From Candidatus Micrarchaeota archaeon (GTDB lineage Archaea > Micrarchaeota > Micrarchaeia > Micrarchaeales > CABMGC01): a DNA stretch of 58,292 nucleotides. Positions within the stretch are counted from its first letter, which is position 1. Every line of letters begins with the position of its first letter. The DNA is taken from NCBI GenBank assembly GCA_046536675.1, contig JAWDMK010000002.1, positions 1 through 58,292 on the forward strand, in the 5' to 3' direction. The notes under the pieces were generated by a model. That model did no database searches, was not told the DNA's origin, and worked only from the letters and a program-made list of their open reading frames with translations. This document shows, one piece after another, positions 28,463 through 36,645 of the stretch. The translations under genes were made by a program, and so were the position numbers.

Positions 28463-29209
28463 TTAAAATATGCCGCGATAAAAGGTTGAGAAGATATAAG
28501 CTATTAGCAGCATGAAGAAAAGCCATATTATAAAAGAAATTATTGGAATAACAAGTAGGAAGAAGATGAATGTTGCTAGGAGCGTTGTAAAGTAGATAGG
28601 CTTGCTCCACCTCAAAATCTTGCTGCCATCTAATGGAAAGATAGGGAGCATGTTAAAGAATGCAACCACAATGCTTATGAAAAGAATCATGTTCAACATG
28701 TTTTGCACGAATGATAGTTTATATACAGTATTTGTGGAAAATGTGAGCAGTACATTCGACAAGAAGTGTGGAAAGAAGATAACACCTATTATTAGAGAAA
28801 AAATAAATATTGTGAAGTTTGTCAGCGGCCCTGCAAGAGAAACAATTCCATCTTCTCTACGTGTAAATGAATTTGTATATATCATTGTTGCACCTGGTAT
28901 GCCGAAAAGAAACCCGAAAAAGCTTGTAAGAAGAGTTATTGCAAGCCCGTAAGGTGAAGTCCTAAAGCCAGCTATAGCGCCGTATTTCTCTGCAGTGAAT
29001 TTATGCATCATCTCATGAAGTATAAAGGATAGAGATACAGCAATAAAGGAGATAGGAAAGAAATAAAGGAAAACACCAAAGGAATATGCCAAGCCGCCTA
29101 TGCCACCTACCATAACGAGCGAAAATGCCAATGTTAGCACTAGATCAGCTATAATTAGCTCTTTTATCTCCTGCTTGAATACAATATTTGTCCTAATGTA
29201 GTAGTGCAT
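28463..29209 (-). CDS. site-2 protease family (M50) intramembrane zinc metalloprotease
   Basis: 248 aa, polytopic. HEMMH sits in a TM helix and NMLPIFPLDGSKI is the downstream metal-ligand motif. Confidence 0.8.
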   Translation of the reverse strand: MHYYIRTNIVFKQEIKELIIADLVLTLAFSLVMVGGIGGLAYSFGVFLYFFPISFIAVSLSFILHEMMHKFTAEKYGAIAGFRTSPYGLAITLLTSFFGFLFGIPGATMIYTNSFTRREDGIVSLAGPLTNFTIFIFSLIIGVIFFPHFLSNVLLTFSTNTVYKLSFVQNMLNMILFISIVVAFFNMLPIFPLDGSKILRWSKPIYFTTLLATFIFFLLVIPIISFIIWLFFMLLIAYIFSTFYRGIF

Positions 29210-29322
29210 AAAACCGCTTTTAATAATTGAATAAACTTATATTTTGCCCTTCAATGAAAAGGTGAATTAAAAATTAAAAAGCTATTAAAGTTTAAATATA
29301 TAGATATTTATAGATATTTGTT

Positions 29323-29395
29323 AGCTCCATCGTCTAGCGGTCAAGGATAACGGGCTCTGGACCCGTTGACGCCAGTTCGAATCTGGCTGGAGCTA
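29323..29395 (+). tRNA. tRNA-Gln (anticodon CTG)
   Basis: Cloverleaf folded by hand. Acceptor AGCTCCA/TGGAGCT, anticodon stem ACGGG/CCCGT with loop CTCTGGA, T-arm GCCAG-TTCGAAT-CTGGC. No CCA is encoded. An AT-rich TATA-like region lies upstream. Confidence 0.85.
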
Positions 29396-29406
29396 TTAGT
29401 GATTTT

Positions 29407-29826
29407 ATGGAAGGGTACAAAGAGCATGTAATTGTGTGTGGTTATGGTATTGTTGGAGAGCGCATAGTCGATATTCTATTAGAGCACAAAGTGAATGTTG
29501 TAGTTATAGAGATAGACCATAAGAAGGCAGAGCTTCTCAGAGATAGGGGCATACCTGTAGTTGAGGGCGACGCAACAACATCAAAGGCTTTGAAGGAAGC
29601 CGGTATAGCTGATGCAAAAGCTATAGCTATAGCAATGGATGACGATGCTAAAAATCTGTTTGCCACAATCACAGCAAAGAGCCTAAATGAAAACATTATA
29701 ATTGCAACAAGAGCGAATGACGACCTCTTTGAAACCAAGCTTACCGATGCTGGTGCAAACTTTGTAGCAACGCCAAACAAATCAGCGAGTGACGAGCTCT
29801 TCAATGAGATAATAAAGGGGCTTTAG
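29407..29826 (+). CDS. soluble TrkA-N/RCK NAD-binding domain protein
   Basis: 139 aa. Rossmann start HVIVCGYGIVGERIV, then VVVIE...GDATTSKALKEAGIADAKAIAIA. Confidence 0.8.
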   Translation: MEGYKEHVIVCGYGIVGERIVDILLEHKVNVVVIEIDHKKAELLRDRGIPVVEGDATTSKALKEAGIADAKAIAIAMDDDAKNLFATITAKSLNENIIIATRANDDLFETKLTDAGANFVATPNKSASDELFNEIIKGL

Positions 29827-29836
29827 AGGGCTTTAG

Positions 29837-30616
29837 ATGGCCGAGCTAACCGAAAAATCAGGCAATGTAATAATTTCAGCTACGATAATTTCACTAATCA
29901 TAATAATTTTTTCTCTTATTGCTCTTCTTTACATAACCCATAACATATATCTTGATGCATATTATATTATAGATACTTTCTTTGATGCATCTAATAGCGC
30001 ATCGACATGGGATCTTGCACAACTTTCACTCTTATTACCTCCTCAAAAACTTGCTATAATTTTGAGCATAGTAATTATTGATAATATAGGCAAGTTACTT
30101 ATAATAAGCTTCGTAATAGCGGCGGTAATTGATATAATTTCATATGCAAATCTTGAGAAATACATAAGTGCGGCACATGCAAGAAGGATGAGGGATCATA
30201 TTATAATATGTGGTTATAATCCACTCGCAGAAAGGCTTATAAGAAAGTTAAATACTCTTAAGAAAAAACACAAGATCGTTGTGATAGATAATAATGAAGA
30301 AATTGTTGTTGAGCTTCACAAAAGGCATATACCTATTGTGGAAGGGAGTTTTACTAATCCGAAGATCCTAAAGCTTGCATCTGCAGACAAAGCAAAGATC
30401 ATTGTATTTGTAGAGCAGGATGATGCAAAGAATCTGATAGGGATTGTAGAAGCAAAAAGACTTAATAAGGAAATAAAAGCACTTGTGCGAAGCACAAAAG
30501 AAGAAAATATGACTAAAATGTATAGAGTTGGGGCTGACATGTGTGTCTTGCCAGAATATATTGCGGGAATAAGCATTGGTGAATTTTTACTAAAGCACAT
30601 AGGGGTGCATAAATGA
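29837..30616 (+). CDS. two-TM membrane protein fused to an RCK domain (channel-like, no canonical K+ filter)
   Basis: 259 aa. The membrane part has two long TMs, and I saw no T-V-G-Y-G sequence. The RCK part is HIIICGYNPLAERLI...VEGSFTNPKILKLASADKAKIIVF. Confidence 0.6.
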   Translation: MAELTEKSGNVIISATIISLIIIIFSLIALLYITHNIYLDAYYIIDTFFDASNSASTWDLAQLSLLLPPQKLAIILSIVIIDNIGKLLIISFVIAAVIDIISYANLEKYISAAHARRMRDHIIICGYNPLAERLIRKLNTLKKKHKIVVIDNNEEIVVELHKRHIPIVEGSFTNPKILKLASADKAKIIVFVEQDDAKNLIGIVEAKRLNKEIKALVRSTKEENMTKMYRVGADMCVLPEYIAGISIGEFLLKHIGVHK

Positions 30617-31341
30617 GGATTAGAACTGTTCATAAGGTGCTTATGCTTGCATTATTTATATTATACATAATATCAGTCTTAATAGTTTGGGGTATCGGCT
30701 ATAGTTTGTGGGTTGCTCTCTTGTGGAATCTGCTAACGTTTATAGGTGCAGACTTTCCTATCGATTTCTCTCTGGCTGATAAACCGAATGCGCTTGCATT
30801 TTTGAGCAATGTTTTTGGTGTAATAGGGAGCCTTATCCTTACCATTTTACTTACATCTTTCTTTTACCAGATGCTGAGCAAAATAAATATAAGGGAAAAG
30901 GTCGTAATGAGCAGAGTTAAAAGGCTTAAAGGCCACTTTATAATAACCCCAGCTAACAAAATAGCAAGCTATTTGGTTGATGAATTTAAAAAGAATAAAC
31001 TAGGTTTTGTTGTTTTAGATCCATCGCAGAAAAATATTGAAATGCTTATTAAAGAAGGGGTGCTTGCTGTAAAGGGGGACCCATTGAATATAGAAGCGCT
31101 TGAGAATGCAAATATTAAAAGTGCTGCTGCATTGCTTTTGCTAAATGATGATATAGTGAAGAATACGCTTGCGGCTTTAACTGCAAAAAGAATAAACAAT
31201 AAGATAAGGATAGCTTCAAGGATAAAAAGAGTCGATGAGCTGGCAAAGATGAAAAGGGTTGGAATAAATTATATTGTTATGCCCGAGGTTGCGATAGGCG
31301 ATGAATTGGGTAACTTCTTACTCAGGCATATGAAAAAGTGA
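30613..31341 (+). CDS. two-TM channel-like protein fused to an RCK domain, degenerate selectivity filter
   Basis: 242 aa, overlapping the previous gene by 4 nt. A pore-helix-like LWVALLWNLLTFIGADFP stands where K+ channels have W..VT..TVGYGD..P. The RCK domain is HFIITPANKIASYLV...VKGDPLNIEALENANIKSAAALLL. Confidence 0.6.
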   Translation: MRIRTVHKVLMLALFILYIISVLIVWGIGYSLWVALLWNLLTFIGADFPIDFSLADKPNALAFLSNVFGVIGSLILTILLTSFFYQMLSKINIREKVVMSRVKRLKGHFIITPANKIASYLVDEFKKNKLGFVVLDPSQKNIEMLIKEGVLAVKGDPLNIEALENANIKSAAALLLLNDDIVKNTLAALTAKRINNKIRIASRIKRVDELAKMKRVGINYIVMPEVAIGDELGNFLLRHMKK

Positions 31342-31388
31342 AAAAGGTTAATAATATTAAATTTAATTGCTAAAATGATAGTGTTTAT

Positions 31389-32588
31389 ATGGCTGAGGAG
31401 ATAACAAAAACCAGTATAGATGCCCTGGTAGAGTACCTAAAGGCTCATGGTGAGACAGAGGCTTCTGTATTGGCTAAAGCTCTGGGTGTGAGCGAAACCC
31501 TTATAGAAGAGTGGTGCAACATACTGGAAAAATCAAACATTGTTAAGATAAGCTATAGAGCAGGAAAGATGTATGTAGCACCTCTTGCGATAACAAAAGA
31601 GGGCCTGACTGAGGTTCAGCACAAGATAGAGATCAAGAAGGAAAATATAATAAACGAGGCAACAGCAAAGCTAACAATGCTAAACCAGCTAAACGAAAAA
31701 GTTGAGAGTCTAAGTAAGTTTGTATCAGCAGGGAATGAGCTGCTTAAAAAGAAGATAGGACCGATGAAAGAAAGCCTGGATGAGCTATATAAGATAGCAA
31801 ATATTGCTGAAAAGAAATACAATGAAGTTAAAGAGAGGAAAAAAGAAATTGATAATATAGCTGAAAGGCTAAACAAAGAGATCAATGGGCTTAGAGAAAG
31901 GGCCCAAGCAATAGAGCATTTTCAACTGAATACAGCAAATGCTGAAAGGCTTATAGAAGACATGCATAGCAAGATGGAGCTGATGCGCAAGCTGCTTGAA
32001 GAAGAAGAAGCTAACAGGAAAAAGGCACTACAGCAACTTGAGGAAAGCGAAAAGAAGCTTGCAGAAGGGATAAGAGCTGAGATAAATGCAATAGATGATA
32101 TGATTTCTGCAAACGAAAAAGAATTAAACGAGAGTAAAATGAAGAGCAATGAGTATAAGAGAAGCGCACTTAAACTCGGAAAAGAGCTTGAGGAGCTAGG
32201 AAAGAAGGCTACAGATCAAGTCTCTAAGGACAGAGAAGAGATAGAGAGATATGTAAATATTATAGAAAAAAGCTATACTGATTTAAAATACAAGATAGAA
32301 GAGCTGAAAAAAGATATTGGAGATATTACTAAGATAGATGAACTTCTTAGAAACGCACAAAACACTATAGAAGAGGTAAACAAGGCAAAAGGTCCATTAA
32401 CAGAGGAGCTCAATAAAATAATAGAAGAGGCTAAGGCGATAGAGGCGCTTTCAAAAGAAGACATAGTTACAAGTACCAAGAAAACAGAAGAGCTTGATGA
32501 AAGAACGGAAAAAGTGAGCAAAGAGATAGATCAATTAGATAATAAGCTTTCAAAGGCTGATGAAGATATAGGAAATGCTATAAAGTGA
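31389..32588 (+). CDS. N-terminal wHTH plus ~300 aa coiled-coil protein, first gene of the pilus ATPase operon
   Basis: 399 aa. SIDALVEYLKAHGETEASVLAKALGVSETLIEEWCNILEKSNIVKI is wHTH-like. The remainder is Glu/Lys-rich with heptad repeats. Confidence 0.55.
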   Translation: MAEEITKTSIDALVEYLKAHGETEASVLAKALGVSETLIEEWCNILEKSNIVKISYRAGKMYVAPLAITKEGLTEVQHKIEIKKENIINEATAKLTMLNQLNEKVESLSKFVSAGNELLKKKIGPMKESLDELYKIANIAEKKYNEVKERKKEIDNIAERLNKEINGLRERAQAIEHFQLNTANAERLIEDMHSKMELMRKLLEEEEANRKKALQQLEESEKKLAEGIRAEINAIDDMISANEKELNESKMKSNEYKRSALKLGKELEELGKKATDQVSKDREEIERYVNIIEKSYTDLKYKIEELKKDIGDITKIDELLRNAQNTIEEVNKAKGPLTEELNKIIEEAKAIEALSKEDIVTSTKKTEELDERTEKVSKEIDQLDNKLSKADEDIGNAIK

Positions 32589-32592
32589 GCGT

Positions 32593-34095
32593 ATGGCTGA
32601 GGATGAGAAAGTTTATGATGCATATGAACTTGATGCACATGGGTTGAAGGTAAATGTAAGGATAGTTGATAAAGGAGACTTTGTACCAATTTATGAGGTG
32701 ACAATGCCGGGAATAGGCGAGGCTACAAAAATACTTCTTATCTCAGAAAGGCAAGAGCTTCTTTCGCTAGTACCAATAGATCCGACAAGAATAGAAGACA
32801 AAGAATACCTCGCTGAGCTAACAAATAAGTATATCGAAGCTTCTGATGTTATAATAGATAAATACCTGCCTGGTACAAGTAGCGAGGTAAAGAAGGCACT
32901 CACCGCTTATATAATCAATATTATGCTTGGACTCGGGGATTTAGAAGCACCACTCGCAGACGATAACCTAGAAGAAATTGCAGTAAACACATCAAAAGAG
33001 CCGGTCTGGGTATTTCATAAAAAGTATGGCTGGTGCAAAACAAATCTAATGCTACCTAATGAAGAAACAATCTATGACGATGCAGAGCAGATAGGAAGAA
33101 GGGTAGGCAGGCAGATAACAAACTTATCTCCACTTATGGATGCTGAACTCCCTGACGGTTCAAGAGTCAATGCAACACTTTATCCTATATCACAGAAGGG
33201 CAATACAATAACAATAAGAAAATTCGGAAAGAACCCTTGGACAATGCCTGCTCTTATTGCAAATGGCACTGTTTCTAGCTACCTAGCTGCGCTAACATGG
33301 CTTGGCATACAGAATGAGGTAAGCATGCTAATTTCTGGAGGAACAGCTAGCGGAAAGACAAGCTTTTTGAACGCAATGAGTATTTTTATGCCACCAAACA
33401 GAAGAATTGTATCTGTAGAAGAGACAAGAGAGCTTACCTTGCCTGAATTCTTACACTGGGTACCAATGGTTACAAGGCAGCCCAATCCAGAAGGTAAAGG
33501 AGAAGTAAAGCTATACGATTTGATGATAAATGCGCTAAGACAAAGACCAGATATAATGCTTGTTGGAGAAATTAGAACGAAGAGTGATGCTGAAACCCTT
33601 TTCGAGGCAATACACACAGGCCATGCTGTATATGGTACAGTACATGCTGATGATACACAAGACACTATAGTTAGAATGACCAACCCACCTATTGACATAC
33701 CAAAGCTTATGATTAATGCAATCGGAGGCATAGTAACCCTTTTCAGACACAGAAGGCTTGGCATAAGAAGAGTACTCGAATTTGCAGAGATAAACAGAAC
33801 AGGAGACGCAACAGTGCTGTGGAGATGGAATTCAAGACAAGATACTTTTGTGCAGATAGGAGAAATGGCAAGGCTTGCAGACACTATAATGCTTTATGGC
33901 GGCTACACAAGGAATGAAATGCTAGAAGAGATAGAAGAGAAGCGCAAGATATTAGAGTGGATGGTCAAAAACAGGGTTTTTGATGTAGATGCAACGGGCT
34001 ACATAATAGCAAACTATTACAAAGATAAGAGCAACATACTTGATATAGTGAACAAGGATATGCCTTACTCAAGTGAGATGTTTAAAAAGGTGTAA
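32593..34095 (+). CDS. type IV pilus/archaellum-family secretion ATPase (FlaI/ArlI / PilB / TadA-like)
   Basis: 500 aa. Walker A ISGGTASGKTSFLNA, Asp box VSVEETRE, Walker B RQRPDIMLVGEIR, His box HTGHAVYGTVHA. Confidence 0.9.
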   Translation: MAEDEKVYDAYELDAHGLKVNVRIVDKGDFVPIYEVTMPGIGEATKILLISERQELLSLVPIDPTRIEDKEYLAELTNKYIEASDVIIDKYLPGTSSEVKKALTAYIINIMLGLGDLEAPLADDNLEEIAVNTSKEPVWVFHKKYGWCKTNLMLPNEETIYDDAEQIGRRVGRQITNLSPLMDAELPDGSRVNATLYPISQKGNTITIRKFGKNPWTMPALIANGTVSSYLAALTWLGIQNEVSMLISGGTASGKTSFLNAMSIFMPPNRRIVSVEETRELTLPEFLHWVPMVTRQPNPEGKGEVKLYDLMINALRQRPDIMLVGEIRTKSDAETLFEAIHTGHAVYGTVHADDTQDTIVRMTNPPIDIPKLMINAIGGIVTLFRHRRLGIRRVLEFAEINRTGDATVLWRWNSRQDTFVQIGEMARLADTIMLYGGYTRNEMLEEIEEKRKILEWMVKNRVFDVDATGYIIANYYKDKSNILDIVNKDMPYSSEMFKKV

Positions 34096-34666
34096 GGATT
34101 TGGAATACTTAGAAGTAGATGATCCAAAGATTATAGAAGAAGTTGATAAATTGGGAAAAAATAATAGCGTTGTTGAGCTTGATTTAGATAAAGTTATTGC
34201 AAACAGGATTGAAATTAGGCAGTATAACTACGGCGAGGCTATTCAGAGTCTTGTTGGTGTAGAGGCAAAGGAGGAAAAGATAAAAGAACCCATAGAGAAA
34301 GAGGTAACAGCGCCCCAAGAAGGTATAGCGGTAGAAAAGGCAGCAAGTGAGATAAAGAATGTAATTGGATCAATCGGCAAGGAGTTCGAGAAAAATATAA
34401 AGAGGGAGACAGAGAGGATAAAGGGTGAAAAGCTGGTGCTACCTACTTTATCTTTGCAGGACCAGATAAGTGAGCTAGAAAAAATAAGTGAGGGCTTAGA
34501 CGAGCAGGTCTTTAGCGATGAACAGCTAAAGATAATAAAAGATGAGGTCTATGGATTAAGAGATAAGGTAAAGAGTGAAAAGATAAGCATAGCAGATGAA
34601 TTTCAGAAGTCTTTAATAGATCTGAGGAACCAAAAGATAAATGAGGTAATTAAAAAATTGAAGTAG
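34073..34666 (+). CDS. acidic coiled-coil protein, unknown function
   Basis: 197 aa, overlapping the ATPase 3' end. It is E/K-rich with no TM. The start is uncertain. Confidence 0.45.
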   Translation: MRCLKRCKDLEYLEVDDPKIIEEVDKLGKNNSVVELDLDKVIANRIEIRQYNYGEAIQSLVGVEAKEEKIKEPIEKEVTAPQEGIAVEKAASEIKNVIGSIGKEFEKNIKRETERIKGEKLVLPTLSLQDQISELEKISEGLDEQVFSDEQLKIIKDEVYGLRDKVKSEKISIADEFQKSLIDLRNQKINEVIKKLK

Positions 34667-34673
34667 CGGTTAT

Positions 34674-35654
34674 ATGTTCGGAAAGAAAAAGGATAATATA
34701 ACGGCGCAGCAACCTATCGGGTTTACTAAGCAAAAGAGGTTCTTGTTCTTTAAAATAAGGTCAAAGCCCATATATCAGACTCAGCCACAAACACAGCAAA
34801 CACAGCAGCAAGCAAAAATTTCAAAATTTCAAATGTACATTGCTAGCGTAGCTGCTAAGCATAAAGGACTTGACCTGGCATTGAGAGAAGCAGGCATAAG
34901 GGAAAGCACTTATGACTTTATCAAAAAGATGCTCATAAATTCAATAATTGTTAGTGCGATGCTCGTTGTGGCTATCTTCGTTTTGCTTATCCATTATTAT
35001 ATGAGCTATGCAACTAGTGCAATTTTATCTTTAGCACTTGGCATAGCAATATTTGAAGTCTTTTTCAATAAGTTCGTAAATTATCCTATAGACAAAAGCA
35101 GAAATGAGGGCAAAGAGATAGAGAAGAGTATACTTTTTGCAGCTAGAGACCTAGTTATAGGAATGAGATCAGGCATGCCTCTGTTTAATGCCTTGACAAC
35201 TGTGAGCACAGGTTATGGCGCGGCAAGCAGGGAGTTTGCAAAGATTGTAGAGCTGGTACAGCTTGGCATGCCGATAGAACAGGCAATCGATGAGGTAAGC
35301 AGTAAAAGCCAGTCAAAAACATTCAAGAACCTTATGCTGCAGGCATCTGTAAGTATTAAAGCTGGTGCAGATATAGTAGGAGCACTGCAAGGTGTAATCG
35401 ATGAAGTTATGCAAGAAAGAACAATAGAGCTTAGAAGATACGGGCAGAGGCTTAATGCACTTGCTATGTTTTACATGCTCTTTGGAGTCATATTCCCTAG
35501 TATGGGCATAGCGGTAGCAGCTATTCTAACAACGTTCATAAGTTTATTTACAATAGACGAATCAACGCTAATATTTACACTTGTGGGAATATTCTTTCTG
35601 CAGCTTATATTCCTCAATATTATGAGGTCTTCAAGACCAACATTTGCAATGTGA
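34674..35654 (+). CDS. pilus platform membrane protein, single T2SSF domain (TadB / FlaJ N-half like)
   Basis: 326 aa. It has a Q-rich N-terminal region. A T2SSF-like block (ARDLVIGMRSGMPLFNALTTVS...MPIEQAIDEV...ASVSIKAGADIVGAL) is flanked by TMs. Confidence 0.75.
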   Translation: MFGKKKDNITAQQPIGFTKQKRFLFFKIRSKPIYQTQPQTQQTQQQAKISKFQMYIASVAAKHKGLDLALREAGIRESTYDFIKKMLINSIIVSAMLVVAIFVLLIHYYMSYATSAILSLALGIAIFEVFFNKFVNYPIDKSRNEGKEIEKSILFAARDLVIGMRSGMPLFNALTTVSTGYGAASREFAKIVELVQLGMPIEQAIDEVSSKSQSKTFKNLMLQASVSIKAGADIVGALQGVIDEVMQERTIELRRYGQRLNALAMFYMLFGVIFPSMGIAVAAILTTFISLFTIDESTLIFTLVGIFFLQLIFLNIMRSSRPTFAM

Positions 35655-36645
35655 TCATATGATATCATTTGAGAAGCTTGTGGCAAGGAATGTTGTCGTA
35701 TTTATTTCTAGAGAGCTTGACCTTGCCGGGCTCAAGATGACTGTAAACAAATTCCTAGGAATTGCAATAGTTGGCGGCTTCCTTATTCTTATACTATTAT
35801 CTTACTCTCTCTTTTTCCTTAAGTTTAATGTAGGCATTGCAGCGCTTGGCGGCATTGGAGGTGCTGTGCTCTTTGAGGTAATGCTTTATATGCTCCTTGA
35901 ATTTAGCATAGAGAAAAGAAAGACATTCGTTGAATCAATACTTCCAGACTATTTGCAGATAGTCGCAGCAAACGTAAGAAGTGGAATATCACTCGATAAG
36001 GCCATGGTTCTTGCAGCAAGACCAGAGTTTAAATATTTCAGTGATGATGTTAAGCTTGTAAACAAGGCTCTCTATGCTGGATCAACATTACAAAGCACCC
36101 TCCTTGCACTTGCAGAAAAATATAGATCAATTCAATTAAAGCACACTGTAAGAATGCTTGTCGAAGCAATACAATACGGAGGCGGAATGACAGATTTGCT
36201 CAACCAAGTAGCAAAGGATATAAGAAATCAACAGATGATCCAGAAAGAGGTATCAGGCCAATTATTTATGTATACTATCTTTATTGCTTTTGCGGCTATA
36301 ATAGGTGCACCAACTCTTTATGCCCTTACCACAAAGATGATGACAGTAACAGATACAGTCTGGGCAGGCATATTAGCACAGAACCCTGGCGGCTTGCCAA
36401 CTGCAGGAGTATCTTTCTTAAGGCCTAGCCCACCTAAGATAACAATTGGCATGTATGAGAGCTTTGCGCTCACCGCTGTTATAATAATAACAGGTTTTGG
36501 TTCATTTATAGTATCCGCAATTTCTACAGGCTCTATAATAAGAGGGCTAAGATATCTGCCTATATTTATATTAGTTGGACTCGGCGTTTTCTATGTTGTT
36601 GGCGCAGTAATAGGAACAATGTTTGCGAGCATAAGCGGCATTTAG
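35644..36645 (+). CDS. pilus platform membrane protein, single T2SSF domain (TadC / FlaJ C-half like)
   Basis: 333 aa. LPDYLQIVAANVRSGISLDKAMVLAA...LVEAIQYGGGMTDLLNQVAKDIRNQQ is followed by TMs. It overlaps the previous gene by 11 nt. Confidence 0.75.
   Translation: MQCDHMISFEKLVARNVVVFISRELDLAGLKMTVNKFLGIAIVGGFLILILLSYSLFFLKFNVGIAALGGIGGAVLFEVMLYMLLEFSIEKRKTFVESILPDYLQIVAANVRSGISLDKAMVLAARPEFKYFSDDVKLVNKALYAGSTLQSTLLALAEKYRSIQLKHTVRMLVEAIQYGGGMTDLLNQVAKDIRNQQMIQKEVSGQLFMYTIFIAFAAIIGAPTLYALTTKMMTVTDTVWAGILAQNPGGLPTAGVSFLRPSPPKITIGMYESFALTAVIIITGFGSFIVSAISTGSIIRGLRYLPIFILVGLGVFYVVGAVIGTMFASISGI

Noticed and set aside
33279-33884. 201 aa minus-strand ORF inside the pilus ATPase gene
   Set aside because: It is an antisense shadow of a conserved ATPase gene.
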